Source of the DNA: an uncultured Leptolyngbya sp.
GTDB taxonomy: Bacteria; Cyanobacteriota; Cyanobacteriia; Phormidesmidales; Phormidesmidaceae
DNA: 45,510 nt
Direction: 5' to 3'
Assembly (NCBI GenBank): GCA_937899365.1
Contig: CALBPH010000631.1
Span: 1-45,510, forward strand
A program made the position numbers and the translations under genes. Under the pieces are notes generated by a model that had not been told where the DNA came from, did no database searches, and worked only from the letters and a program-made list of their open reading frames with translations. This document shows positions 9,515-19,668 of the stretch, piece after piece; position 1 is the stretch's first letter, and each line of letters opens with the position of its first letter.

Positions 9515-10969
9515 ATGGTTCCTATAAAAAATACCAAAGCATCCCAGAGTTCCTGGAAGAGAACAGTAGGCCAGTTGACTAGTCAGCTGCTATTGAGTTC
9601 GTTCTGTTGGTACCTTTGGCAAGGGCAAGGCGTAGCACAGCTCGATCCTCTAGCCCCGCTTCCGCCCGAAGATTCTACCGAGGAAATAGACTCCGTTGAG
9701 GCCCCGGTAATCTCGGAGGAGGTTGTTTTTCCTGAAACAGATGCCGATCTTGGAGTAGAGCGGGGTTCGGAGTTACCAACGCTAGAGCTGCTGGAACGAC
9801 GTCCTACCCTTGAAGATTTAGACCCGCGTATTCTTGCACAATCCTCACCGGATCTGAATGACAGCGATTTCGATCAGTATCGTTTGGGGCCTGGAGATGG
9901 AATTTTTGTGAGCGTTCAACGCTTTCCAGATTTGGCTTTCCAGGCCACTCTCGATCAGCAAGGGAATGTCATTATGCCCATTGAGGGTGCTGTTTCCTTA
10001 AAGGGGTTGACCTTAAACCAGGCAGAGAATCGGATTCGAGCGGTGTATAACCAGTATGTTGTGCTCTCTGAAATACGTTCTCTATATTCTTTAAATCGCA
10101 GTTTGATAGGTCAAATTGAGGGCCGTTCGTATCGCGTTTCTGAAGATGTCATCAACAGATATATTTTTCCGAATTATCAGGCTTTACGCGCAGACAACCC
10201 ACGTAGTTATCAAGTCCCTGACGTAACCTTAACGCTGACGGCTCAACGAGGGGTTGAGGTGATCATGCTCGGTGAAATTGAACGACCTGGTCTTTATCCG
10301 CTCGCTGTTCCCAGGGTGACAGCGGCTCTGTTTGCCGCTGGTGGGGCTAGTAGTACAGCTGATTTACGAGAAATACGTATTCAGCGACGCTTAGCCGATA
10401 ACACCATCATTGAGAAAACGGTTGATCTTTATACCCCTGTACGGGACGGTGTACCGCTGCCAGAAGAACGACTTGAAAATGGTGATGTCGTTATCATCTC
10501 GCGTCTTGATCCGGCCCAAGCCTATGACTACGATGTCAATCTTGTTTCCCGCTCCACCTTGGCTCAACCTGAAATTCTAGTGCGGGTGATTAATTATCCA
10601 AATGGTGTTGTTGGTGGGCAGCGGTTGCCCAATGGCAGCACGTTTGTGGATGCACTAGTTGGCAATGCAGCCAGAGGGGGTAACGGTGTTGGCCTGCCTC
10701 TCAATCAGGCTAATCTGAGGTCGGTTGCCTTAATTCGGTTTGATCCAGAACAAGGTGAAACCGTAGTGACTAAGCTCAATGCTAAGGACGCAATTCATGG
10801 CGATCCGACCCAAAATCCTCCACTAAGAGACAATGACGTGATTGTTGTGGGCCGGAACTTTATCAATAGAATTACCTTTGCCATCGATACCGTTACTCGT
10901 CCTTTCCAAGATGTTTTGAGCTTTGTGCTCTTTTTCGACCGATTTTTCGATGATGATCTCTTCAATTAG
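9515..10969 (+). CDS. wza: Polysaccharide biosynthesis/export protein (Wza-like, Poly_export + SLBB)
   Basis: YRLGPGD, G.V.L.GLTL.QAE, GEIERPGLY, AAGG...ADLR.I and NPPLRDNDVIVV. Confidence 0.88.
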   Translation: MVPIKNTKASQSSWKRTVGQLTSQLLLSSFCWYLWQGQGVAQLDPLAPLPPEDSTEEIDSVEAPVISEEVVFPETDADLGVERGSELPTLELLERRPTLEDLDPRILAQSSPDLNDSDFDQYRLGPGDGIFVSVQRFPDLAFQATLDQQGNVIMPIEGAVSLKGLTLNQAENRIRAVYNQYVVLSEIRSLYSLNRSLIGQIEGRSYRVSEDVINRYIFPNYQALRADNPRSYQVPDVTLTLTAQRGVEVIMLGEIERPGLYPLAVPRVTAALFAAGGASSTADLREIRIQRRLADNTIIEKTVDLYTPVRDGVPLPEERLENGDVVIISRLDPAQAYDYDVNLVSRSTLAQPEILVRVINYPNGVVGGQRLPNGSTFVDALVGNAARGGNGVGLPLNQANLRSVALIRFDPEQGETVVTKLNAKDAIHGDPTQNPPLRDNDVIVVGRNFINRITFAIDTVTRPFQDVLSFVLFFDRFFDDDLFN

Positions 10970-11141
10970 TTATCGTTGTCTGTATTCACGGTGTGCCTGA
11001 TTAAGGGTAGATCGTGAGTGATTGAGCTATGATTTCCTTAATGAACGGATTAAGTGAGACCTGCTCTGTGTCACTGGTCTTTGTCTGAGAAAGTAATTAA
11101 GTACGCTCCTTGCTCTAGTTCTCTTCATTCAACATTTAGCC

Positions 11142-13355
11142 ATGGTATCTCCTACTATCAAGCGATATCTATTAGCTGTTCAAAGATATAAGTGGGCTGG
11201 GCTAACGTGCTTGTTGTCGATTGTGGGAGCGTCTGGTGTTGTTGCGTTGCAGCCACCACCGCCCGTTGAATACTATGCTGAGGGGCTGCTGGAAGATAAC
11301 ACCCCATTGGTCGTCCTTACCAATACAGCGGATACCATTGACCAGATTGGGCGGGGAATTATTAGTGAAGAGCAGCTGCTGTCCGACGTTTTACTCAAAG
11401 GTGTAGCTCAAGAACTGGGTAATAGGGGTATTGAAATTGCTCCAAATGAAATCCGTAGTAACACCACGGTTAACGTGGGCGGTGGTAAAAAAAATGAGCC
11501 TGGTGACAGGGCAATTGTCCGTTTTATTCATGAGGATGAGGACATAGCGCTTGCGGTCTTAAACACTATGTTTGAGGGCATGGTGGCGTTTAGTCGTGTG
11601 CGTAACAAGGCACGGCTAAAAGAAATTATTGATGCGCTCAATGAGCGTTTGCCTCCCATTGAGTCTGCTCTCAGACAGGCAGAAAATGAGTTAGAGCAGT
11701 ATGACCGTCAAGAGGGACCTGCTATTCAAGCGGCTGAAGACGGCAGCCTATTGGGGCAAATTTCAGGTAGCCAGCAGCAAATACTGCAAAACCAAATTAC
11801 ATTAGAAGGGCTTGATGCCCAGATGCAGAGTCTGACACAGCGTTTGGGGATGACGCCTGATCAGGCTTACGTGTCTTCAGCCCTGAGTGCGGACCCGCTA
11901 ATTGCTAATTTGCGTGCTCAGATTTATCAGGCTGAGAATGAACTGGATGTTCTCCAGCAGTCAGACTACCGGTCCGGTCATCCGGTGGTGGTAGATGCTC
12001 TACGAAATCTAAATACGTTGAGTAATCAATTAGCTGCTCGCGAACAAGAGGTTTTGCAAGGTGATGGTGCAACAACAGCTCTGACGCCTGTTGGCAATGT
12101 GAATGGCAATTTAGACCCAGCTAGGGCTGCTTTGGCGAATCAGCTGGTAACGTTGCAAACAGAGATGGATGCCTTAATTCGTCAGACTCAGGTATTAGCG
12201 CGGGCCGAGCAGGGCCTGCGTCAAAGATATGCTAGTTTGCCAAACAAGCAGCTAGAGCGAGAGCGCTTGGCTTATCAGGTAGGTCTTAAGAAGGCTCTTT
12301 TTGATCAGATTCAAGCGCGCATTGTGGATGCGGAGGCGGCAGAGGCGGAGACTGTCAGCAGCTTGACCGTTGCTAGTCCACCCACGGCAGTGATCAATGA
12401 GCCCGAAAAGCCAAATCCGGCGACTATTCTTTTAGCAGGTGGACTACTGGGTCTAGTGGCTGGCGGTGGTGTGATCTTCTTGCTCGATATGCTAGATGGC
12501 ACCATTCGTACTCCTGAGGATTTGGAGAAAATTCTGCGCGATCAGGATATGCCGATTCTGGGTGCTGTGCCGGTTATTCGTACACGTCCTGCTAAGGCAG
12601 CTCCTATCTTGGTCCAGGCTGATTCCCATTATCACGGGAGTTATGAGCGCTGTTTAAGCAAGCTGAGACTCACAGGTTTTGAGGACAGAGTGATTGGTCC
12701 TCGGGTCGTGTTGGTGACTAGTACCATTAGCAACGAAGGCAAAAGTATTACGGCCTATAATTTGGCGATTGCAGCTGCTCAAGCAGGACGTCGAACGCTG
12801 TTGGTAGAGGCTGATTTACGTTCCGGGTCTAAGGCTCAGTATCTTGGTCTGGTGAATGATGATCGCGTCCAGATTGAACCCCTTCGTTACTATGGCGGCG
12901 GTATTGGCGACAATGTGCGGATGGTCCCATTTATTGAAAATCTGTATGTATCGCCTAGTCCTGGACCGCAGCGTCAGGCAGCGGCAATTCTAGAATCGAG
13001 TGAAATGCGTCGCTTCTTGGATGATGCCCGTGAACGCTTTGATATGGTGATCTTAGATACGCCTTCCCTGAGTCGTGTGGATGATGCTCTGCTGCTTGAA
13101 GAACAAAGCGATGGCATGATTTTGGTGGCACGCCCCGGTGTGACGGAAAGGGCTGTTTTAAATACGGCACTTGAAGAGTTAGATCTGAATGAAGACATTC
13201 GCTTGCTGGGGGTTTTGATCAACGGGGCAAATGTTACTTTGCAGGATGAAGGCGATGATGATGACTATGGTCTCCAAGATGATGATAGTTATGTCTTAGA
13301 CCCAGATGAGCAAGAGCTGCCCCATGCAGTCACTAAAGTTCCAGTAGATTTTTAG
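11142..13355 (+). CDS. wzc: Polysaccharide co-polymerase / BY-kinase (Wzc/GumC family)
   Basis: Two TMs flank a coiled-coil. Cytoplasmic part has TSTISNEGKS (Walker A), LLVEADLR, VILDTPS and an acidic tail with Tyr residues. Confidence 0.9.
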   Translation: MVSPTIKRYLLAVQRYKWAGLTCLLSIVGASGVVALQPPPPVEYYAEGLLEDNTPLVVLTNTADTIDQIGRGIISEEQLLSDVLLKGVAQELGNRGIEIAPNEIRSNTTVNVGGGKKNEPGDRAIVRFIHEDEDIALAVLNTMFEGMVAFSRVRNKARLKEIIDALNERLPPIESALRQAENELEQYDRQEGPAIQAAEDGSLLGQISGSQQQILQNQITLEGLDAQMQSLTQRLGMTPDQAYVSSALSADPLIANLRAQIYQAENELDVLQQSDYRSGHPVVVDALRNLNTLSNQLAAREQEVLQGDGATTALTPVGNVNGNLDPARAALANQLVTLQTEMDALIRQTQVLARAEQGLRQRYASLPNKQLERERLAYQVGLKKALFDQIQARIVDAEAAEAETVSSLTVASPPTAVINEPEKPNPATILLAGGLLGLVAGGGVIFLLDMLDGTIRTPEDLEKILRDQDMPILGAVPVIRTRPAKAAPILVQADSHYHGSYERCLSKLRLTGFEDRVIGPRVVLVTSTISNEGKSITAYNLAIAAAQAGRRTLLVEADLRSGSKAQYLGLVNDDRVQIEPLRYYGGGIGDNVRMVPFIENLYVSPSPGPQRQAAAILESSEMRRFLDDARERFDMVILDTPSLSRVDDALLLEEQSDGMILVARPGVTERAVLNTALEELDLNEDIRLLGVLINGANVTLQDEGDDDDYGLQDDDSYVLDPDEQELPHAVTKVPVDF

Positions 13356-13597
13356 GGCAATGCTCGTTTGTTAGTTCTTGAAATAGTTGGATGCTGTGGG
13401 TATCAAGACGGTCTTATTCATACAATTGCTAAAGACAGTAGGTCGTCGTTGTTGTGGATGTAACTGCTGTTGGTAAGGGATGGGCAAGATTAATGATGGA
13501 CGGTAATGGAGTTCGCATTCCCTGCTAAAATCCTGTCTATTAGATTTGAAGACGGGTTTCCCGTGGGCTCAATCAATTTGACGGTTTTGTAATACTC

Positions 13598-13924
13598 ATG
13601 ACGACATATTATTACGCTTTAGCAAGCCAGCACTTTTTGCTAGAAGAGGAGCCCTTAGAGGAAGTTCTTAAGGAGCGACGACGCTATTATCAAGAGCAGG
13701 AAAAAGAGATTGATTTTTGGTTGATTAAGCAGCCTGCCTTTTTAGAAGCCCCTGGACTGGAATCTGTAAAGGCTAATTGTCCCCAACCTGCGGCAGCGGT
13801 TGTTTCAACCGATAAAGTATTCATTACCTGGCTCAAATTGAGGCTTGAGTATATTGCAACTGGTGAGTTTGAGGCTCCCTTAACGTCGGTGAGCGATCCG
13901 TTGGCTTCTTTAGCAACGGCGTAG
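13598..13924 (+). CDS. ycf54: Ycf54, MgPME cyclase auxiliary protein
   Basis: TYYYALAS..FLLEEEPLEEVLKER.R.Y.E..KEIDFWL...FITWLKLRLEY. Confidence 0.95.
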   Translation: MTTYYYALASQHFLLEEEPLEEVLKERRRYYQEQEKEIDFWLIKQPAFLEAPGLESVKANCPQPAAAVVSTDKVFITWLKLRLEYIATGEFEAPLTSVSDPLASLATA

Positions 13925-13958
13925 GTTGTGTATCAATCCTATAGGCAGACTATGGTAA

Positions 13959-14633
13959 ATGACCTACAGTTCGGCGATGTGGTTTAGGCAGTTAGGAGAT
14001 ATGGCCATGGGATATCGTTGGCTAGGTGGGGCTATGGTCGTTCTGCTTAGTGGTGGTTTTGCTAATCCAGGGATGGCGCAAAGCTACCCTGACTGTCCAC
14101 CGCCTGGGAGTGGAGAATATCTATTATTTGTACGTGGTGCGGATGAGGAAACTCGCGATCGCACCGTATCAGTATTGCCGGCCGACCAGCCGACCCTAGT
14201 ATGCAATTATCTCAGTGATACCGTTGTCCGAGCAGGCGGATTTACCTCTTTGGAGGTGGCGAATTCTTGGGCGCTGTATCTGACTGATATTGAGCAGCTT
14301 GAAACCGTTGTTGTTGAACCAACGGCTGCTTCTCCAGCACCCGCAGATGATGTAGCGGTCGCATCAACCCAGGGGCAGTATCAGCCGACTTTGCTGGGTG
14401 AAGGAGTGGCTGTGCTGGTGGATTATCAGCAAAATCCTGAGATTGGGCGCGATCTGGCCCAACAGGGAACCGTCGGGCTAGCCGTTTACCTACAGCAGCC
14501 CTATTTGCTGGTGCTGCATACAACTGATTCATCGGCAGCAGCAGCTAGATTACAGCAGCTAGTTGATAGCGGTCTAACGTCATTTTTGGTGGATGGACAG
14601 CAAGTTATTAGACTGACTGACGCTATTCGTTAA
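13959..14633 (+). CDS. Exported conserved cyanobacterial hypothetical protein
   Basis: Signal-like N-terminus (AMA/Q), CPPP..GEYLL and VC.YL...V.R.GGF. Start likely near 14007. Confidence 0.7.
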   Translation: MTYSSAMWFRQLGDMAMGYRWLGGAMVVLLSGGFANPGMAQSYPDCPPPGSGEYLLFVRGADEETRDRTVSVLPADQPTLVCNYLSDTVVRAGGFTSLEVANSWALYLTDIEQLETVVVEPTAASPAPADDVAVASTQGQYQPTLLGEGVAVLVDYQQNPEIGRDLAQQGTVGLAVYLQQPYLLVLHTTDSSAAAARLQQLVDSGLTSFLVDGQQVIRLTDAIR

Positions 14634-14673
14634 TGGGGTTAGCTGCTCTGAGAGTGAGTACAGCTGTGGCTAT

Positions 14674-15126
14674 CTAATAGGTAGGGGCCGCTAGTAGACC
14701 AATAAAGACACCTAGCGCGGCTCCTGCAATCACTTGTACAGGCGTATGACCTAATAGCTCCTTGAGTCGATCTTCTTGGAACTCATGTTCGTTGAAGAAT
14801 TCATCCACAATTTGGTTAAGTACCCGTGCTTGTTTTCCTGCTGCTTGGCGGACTCCAGCTGCGTCGTACATGACAATGACGGCGAACACAGCTGTCAGTG
14901 CAAAGGCTGGACTAGACCAGCCAATGGTTTGACCCACACCGCAGGCTAAGGCGGTGACCAAGGCTGAGTGGGAACTCGGCATGCCACCAGTTTCTACTAG
15001 GACATGAAAGTTGAGGCGCTGGTTGGTAATCACTTCGATGATTAACTTGAGTAGTTGTGCACTCAAACAGGCCACCAGAGACACGACTAGGACGTGGTTC
15101 TGAAAAATCTCGCTAAAGGCTTCCAT
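14674..15126 (-). CDS. Divergent PAP2 family protein (DUF212)
   Basis: TGGMPSSHSA, VMYDAAGVR and LKELLGHTP; usual neighbour of crtE. Confidence 0.93.
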   Translation of the reverse strand: MEAFSEIFQNHVLVVSLVACLSAQLLKLIIEVITNQRLNFHVLVETGGMPSSHSALVTALACGVGQTIGWSSPAFALTAVFAVIVMYDAAGVRQAAGKQARVLNQIVDEFFNEHEFQEDRLKELLGHTPVQVIAGAALGVFIGLLAAPTY

Positions 15127-15147
15127 AGTTAGAGTGTAAAGGGGATA

Positions 15148-16056
15148 TTAATGAGTGCGCGCGGTGATGTAGTCTGCGATCGCAACCAGGGGCTGCTTTA
15201 AGGGGCCAAAGTTCGCTAGCTCGTCCTTAGCCGCCTGTACCAGTGTGTTAGCCTGCTTTTTAGATTCCTCTAGTCCCCAAATGCTGGGATAGGTTGCTTT
15301 TTGTGCCTGCACATCTTTACCAATGGATTTACCCAACTCTTCTTGGGTAGAGGTAATATCCAGCACATCATCCACAATCTGAAAAGCAAGACCAATGTTT
15401 TGAGCATAGCGAGAGAGGCGTTCTACAGTTTCTGTGTCAGCCTCTGCTAAGACCGCTCCTGACACCACAGATACCTCAAGTAGGGCAGCCGTTTTATGCC
15501 GATGAATAAAATTCAGGGTCTCGATAGAGGTATCTGGTTTCCCCTCAGATGCTAAATCGACAATCTGACCACCCACCAAGCCCGCGGCTCCTACCGCACG
15601 TCCCAACCGTCGAATAACTTCCAAGACCGCTTTGGGTGGGACATTTTCAGTGCGGTCAGTAATAAATTCAAAGGCATAGGCTAGCAGAGCATCCCCTGCC
15701 AAGATCGCTACATCATCGCCATAAACCTTGTGATTCGTCAGCTTGCCGCGACGATAGTCATCATTATCCATGGCCGGCAGGTCATCGTGGATGAGCGACA
15801 TGGTGTGTACCATTTCCAGGGCACAGGCTGTCGGCATTGCTTGAGCGGCTGTCCCACCCACCAGTTCACAGGTAGCTAAACAGAGAATCGGTCGCAGCCG
15901 CTTGCCCCCTGCCATCAGTGAGTAGAGCATTGACTCATAGATGGTTTCCGGATAGACCACCGCCAATGACTGTTCGAGGGCTACCTCAACCTCAGCACAC
16001 TTAGTTTTGAGGTAAGTTTTGAGGTCAAAATCAGTAGCGACATTGGTGGTCATCAT
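15148..16056 (-). CDS. crtE: Geranylgeranyl diphosphate synthase
   Basis: [25 protein letters not shown] (FARM) and FQIVDDVLD (SARM). Confidence 0.95.
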   Translation of the reverse strand: MMTTNVATDFDLKTYLKTKCAEVEVALEQSLAVVYPETIYESMLYSLMAGGKRLRPILCLATCELVGGTAAQAMPTACALEMVHTMSLIHDDLPAMDNDDYRRGKLTNHKVYGDDVAILAGDALLAYAFEFITDRTENVPPKAVLEVIRRLGRAVGAAGLVGGQIVDLASEGKPDTSIETLNFIHRHKTAALLEVSVVSGAVLAEADTETVERLSRYAQNIGLAFQIVDDVLDITSTQEELGKSIGKDVQAQKATYPSIWGLEESKKQANTLVQAAKDELANFGPLKQPLVAIADYITARTH

Positions 16057-16185
16057 GATTGTAAGAAAAGAAATTTATGAACCTGTGGAACCCTATCAAC
16101 GGCAATCTGCGATTTCTCAACCGCTGATTGATCAGTTCGCGCGGGTTAACGACCTGCGAAAGAGCTAACTAGAGCTAACTATTAA

Positions 16186-17055
16186 TTAACCATTAAATCG
16201 TTTACGGTAGCTTAATATTGTATTGTGCAACAACATGGTCACTGTCATGGGACCAATTCCGCCCGGTACTGGGGTGATGGCCCCTGCGACGGGTTCTACA
16301 GTGTCAAAATCCACATCCCCAACCAGCCGAGATTTTCCCGATTCAGTATCTTGGATTCGGTTTATACCTACATCAATAATCGTAGCGCCTGGTTTCACCC
16401 AGTCAGCACCGATCATTTTTGGGCGACCTACAGCAGCCACTAAAATATCTGCCTGACGGCAGAGTGCCGATAGCTCTTCCGTTCGAGAATGGGCAACGGT
16501 AACGGTTGCGTTAGCCTCTAGCAGCATCAGGGCCATGGGTTTTCCCACTAGAATGCTCCGCCCCAGGACGACTGCTCGTTTGCCCGCTGGGTCAATGTCA
16601 TATTCCTTGAGAACGGCCATGATGCCTGCGGGAGTGCAGCTGCGCAAACCGGGTTCGCCACGCATTAAGCGCCCCATATTTTCAGGGCGCAGGCCATCGG
16701 CAGCTTTTTCTGGGGCAACGCGGTTTAACAACGCTACCGCGTCTAAATGAGGCGGCAGAGGCAGTTGAATTAAGATGCCATCTACCCGGTCATCTGCATT
16801 GAGCCGATCAATCAACTCCCGCACATCTGCTTGAGAGGTCTGTGCGGGCAAATGAGAGCCAAAAGAGCTGATCCCCACTCGGGCACACGCTCGTTCCTTA
16901 TTGCGCACATAGGCAGCACTGGCCGGATTGTCCCCCACCATCACAACGGCTAGCCCAGGAGGTCTGTCCCACTGCCCACGTTGGCTGGTGACGTCGGCTG
17001 CTAGTTGGGATTGAAGTTTGTGGGCAAGCGCTTTGCCATCTAACCGTTGGGTCAT
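16186..17055 (-). CDS. folD: Bifunctional methylenetetrahydrofolate dehydrogenase/cyclohydrolase
   Basis: [30 protein letters not shown] and [14 protein letters not shown] 17055 preferred over the TTG at 17103. Confidence 0.96.
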   Translation of the reverse strand: MTQRLDGKALAHKLQSQLAADVTSQRGQWDRPPGLAVVMVGDNPASAAYVRNKERACARVGISSFGSHLPAQTSQADVRELIDRLNADDRVDGILIQLPLPPHLDAVALLNRVAPEKAADGLRPENMGRLMRGEPGLRSCTPAGIMAVLKEYDIDPAGKRAVVLGRSILVGKPMALMLLEANATVTVAHSRTEELSALCRQADILVAAVGRPKMIGADWVKPGATIIDVGINRIQDTESGKSRLVGDVDFDTVEPVAGAITPVPGGIGPMTVTMLLHNTILSYRKRFNG

Positions 17056-17282
17056 GAAATTTTTGCTAACTTTATCGGCGATTGTGCCAATGCTGCTAGT
17101 CAATTAGGGGATACTAGCGGCATTGGCTCTCCTCAGATTACCAAAGGCTATTCCCTGGCCAAACCCATGGCCTCATATAACCAATAGTCCTACCTATCAC
17201 CATTGGGTAGGACTATTGAGCAAGACATCTCAATCGACGTTGCCTGCAGCGCCTTTGTACCTACTTCTGACAGACTACTCGT

Positions 17283-17684
17283 GTGATGTATTTTTTGAAC
17301 TATAAGTATGCTTTTGGTTTAGGGATTGGCGTATTGACCCTCTGTGTAGCGTGTCAGTCGCCATCGGCTAATCAAGTGCCCGTGCTGTCTCTGGCACGCT
17401 CTACGATTAAAATCGAAACGTTACGCCAGCCGCAGCAAGTTGAGCGGTCAGTCTCTTTGACGGGCTCAGTCACTCAGCGGCTAGCTATTTTAGATGGTTG
17501 GCTCTATCAGATAGAGGATGGTACGGGGCAGGTATGGATTTTAACTGAAGATGTCGCTCCAGCCATTGGTCGTAACGTTGATGTAGAGGGCGTGCTACGG
17601 TACGAGGCCATTGTTATCAACGAAGCAGATTTAGGGGACTACTATCTAGAAGAAAAGCAGCGGCAGCTGCCCAATCACTCTTAA
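17283..17684 (+). CDS. Putative lipoprotein with an OB-fold-like domain
   Basis: Lipobox-like CVAC, then V.L.G.V......YQIEDGTG.VW. Confidence 0.7.
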   Translation: MMYFLNYKYAFGLGIGVLTLCVACQSPSANQVPVLSLARSTIKIETLRQPQQVERSVSLTGSVTQRLAILDGWLYQIEDGTGQVWILTEDVAPAIGRNVDVEGVLRYEAIVINEADLGDYYLEEKQRQLPNHS

Positions 17685-17685
17685 A

Positions 17686-17967
17686 CTAGCCAGTTATAGA
17701 GGTTGACCCTGCTAGGGTTCTGAGATGGATAGGCGTGGTGGCATTGTTCGACGGTATGGCTGTGTAGACATTATTGGTAATCAGGTAGCGATCCAAAATT
17801 ACCTGGGCGTCCTCGGTAGATTTGAGCTGGTAGGTGACAAAAAAGCGATAAGACGCTTGGCCTGGTGAACACTTGGGGCTGTCCTCCCAAATATCAAGGC
17901 GTATGCCCTGAGAATTGGGGCGCAATCGATAGTGTAAGGTGTCTTGCCTGGATGCTTGACTACTCAT
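17686..17967 (-). CDS. Hypothetical protein (93 aa)
   Basis: ATG-start ORF filling the gap, converging on the lipoprotein gene. No recognisable motif. Confidence 0.55.
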   Translation of the reverse strand: MSSQASRQDTLHYRLRPNSQGIRLDIWEDSPKCSPGQASYRFFVTYQLKSTEDAQVILDRYLITNNVYTAIPSNNATTPIHLRTLAGSTSITG

Positions 17968-18117
17968 GGGTGGGTACGGGTGTTATTAAGCACTGGATTA
18001 CACTACGCATAGTGCCCGTATGTATGTAGATGCCAACCTGCTCCTGCTATAAATCGGCACTATCCCCCATTAGCCAGACCGAGCTGTCTTCAGAACCCTA
18101 CGTAAAAAGCGCTAGGC

Positions 18118-19599
18118 TTAATTCGCCATCACCAGCTCTTGGGTAAAATTGCCGTGTAATCCATAGGGTACGTGGTGGCGTAGCTTCAGTGTAGCTACTG
18201 GCCCCTGGGTAATCTTCTGGGCATCCAAGATTGCTAGTTCTGAGCAACGGCTCTCGGCGTTGTAAAACAGCCCTAATATCCAGCCGTCGTCCTCGGCTGT
18301 GCCATGGGGACGCGGGACAAAGGTGGGCTCACCTGCAAATCCACGGGGGCCAAAGCTCCAAATTTCTTCCTGACCAGAGTGGAGATCCCGTTTGAGAATA
18401 GCCTGTAGGGGGGCGTTGCCTTCGGTGCAATCGGCTACACCGATGTACAAATAGCGATAGGGGCGGCCAACGTGGTTGGGGTTCAAATCAGGGAACTCAC
18501 AGCCGCGCTCAATCAGACATGTGGCTTTACTGCTCTCAGTGGCAAGGTCGAGCTCGAAACGCCATAGCTGTCCTTCTGGAATGCTATTAAAATCGGCCTC
18601 CAGATAATTCTCTGCCCCTTTGAGATCGGGAAATTCTTGATAACAAACCGAATCTAGATACAGTTTGCCATCGGTTTCAAAGGCATTGGCATGGTGGAAA
18701 ACGAAGCAGGGTTGTAGATCGATGGTTTGGATGGGGCTGGTTCCATCCCGCGGAATAATAATGGCGCGGGTGGGCTGTTTGGCATTGAACTGTATACATT
18801 CAGCAGCTCCCTTGATGCCAGCCAGATAAGGGACTGGGTTAAAACTGACTGGATTTTGAAAGAAAATGCAATAGTTGGGGGTGATGGCAAAGTCGTGTAA
18901 GAATGCAAACCCTGGGATGTTGTGACGGTGGGTATGGGCTAAGCGACCTTTGGGATCGAATTCGTAGAGGGTGATGGTGCTAGAAAGTCCTGTCTTGACA
19001 CCAAAATTGACCAGGCACGGTTGGTTGTTGGTTAGATCACAACTCGGATCAATCCGAGGATGGGCTGAAAAGGCTTCCCCTGGTTTCAGTACGCCATCTA
19101 GATAATCTAAACCTAGAGTTTCTAACGTATTGGGATCTAGGCCATGGGGTTCTGCTGCTTCCCAGAGAGCCAGCAATTTTCCACCCCAGTAGAGCACATT
19201 GGTGTTGGCAATATTTTTCAGTCGCAGGTCAAACGCATTAGCTAAGGGACCACCTGGCTTTTGCGTACCAAATACACCTCGGTAGAGCGGTTTGCCTGCA
19301 GTCTGTTCTTTCACATAGCCTTCGGTGCGTACAAATCGATTTCGAAAGTAAGCTTTACCCTGGGAAATAGCAATGGATACGATCATGCCATCGCCATCAA
19401 ATGGATGATGTACTGAATGACCGGCAACATCTAGGAGTCCCGGACCATTTCGAAACAGAGTGCCTTCTAGGTCGGTAGGAATCGTACCTTCGATGGTATC
19501 GATTTCGTAGTCATATTCATTGGGCTGTGAGCGATAGCCACTGCGCCAATCATCCATGTCAAAAGTACTAGAGGCGCCAGGGTAAGGGATAGTTTGCAT
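18118..19599 (-). CDS. Carotenoid cleavage oxygenase (RPE65/apocarotenoid oxygenase family)
   Basis: GTLFRNGPG, HPFDGDG, four iron-ligand His (FSAHP, FLHDF, FHHAN, YGLHG) and EDDGW. Confidence 0.94.
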   Translation of the reverse strand: MQTIPYPGASSTFDMDDWRSGYRSQPNEYDYEIDTIEGTIPTDLEGTLFRNGPGLLDVAGHSVHHPFDGDGMIVSIAISQGKAYFRNRFVRTEGYVKEQTAGKPLYRGVFGTQKPGGPLANAFDLRLKNIANTNVLYWGGKLLALWEAAEPHGLDPNTLETLGLDYLDGVLKPGEAFSAHPRIDPSCDLTNNQPCLVNFGVKTGLSSTITLYEFDPKGRLAHTHRHNIPGFAFLHDFAITPNYCIFFQNPVSFNPVPYLAGIKGAAECIQFNAKQPTRAIIIPRDGTSPIQTIDLQPCFVFHHANAFETDGKLYLDSVCYQEFPDLKGAENYLEADFNSIPEGQLWRFELDLATESSKATCLIERGCEFPDLNPNHVGRPYRYLYIGVADCTEGNAPLQAILKRDLHSGQEEIWSFGPRGFAGEPTFVPRPHGTAEDDGWILGLFYNAESRCSELAILDAQKITQGPVATLKLRHHVPYGLHGNFTQELVMAN

Positions 19600-19668
19600 A
19601 GGAAAGGATTTAAATGTTTAAGACTGTAGGTTGAGCGCACTACTCAAAGTTTCAAGAGTGTGAGCGGC

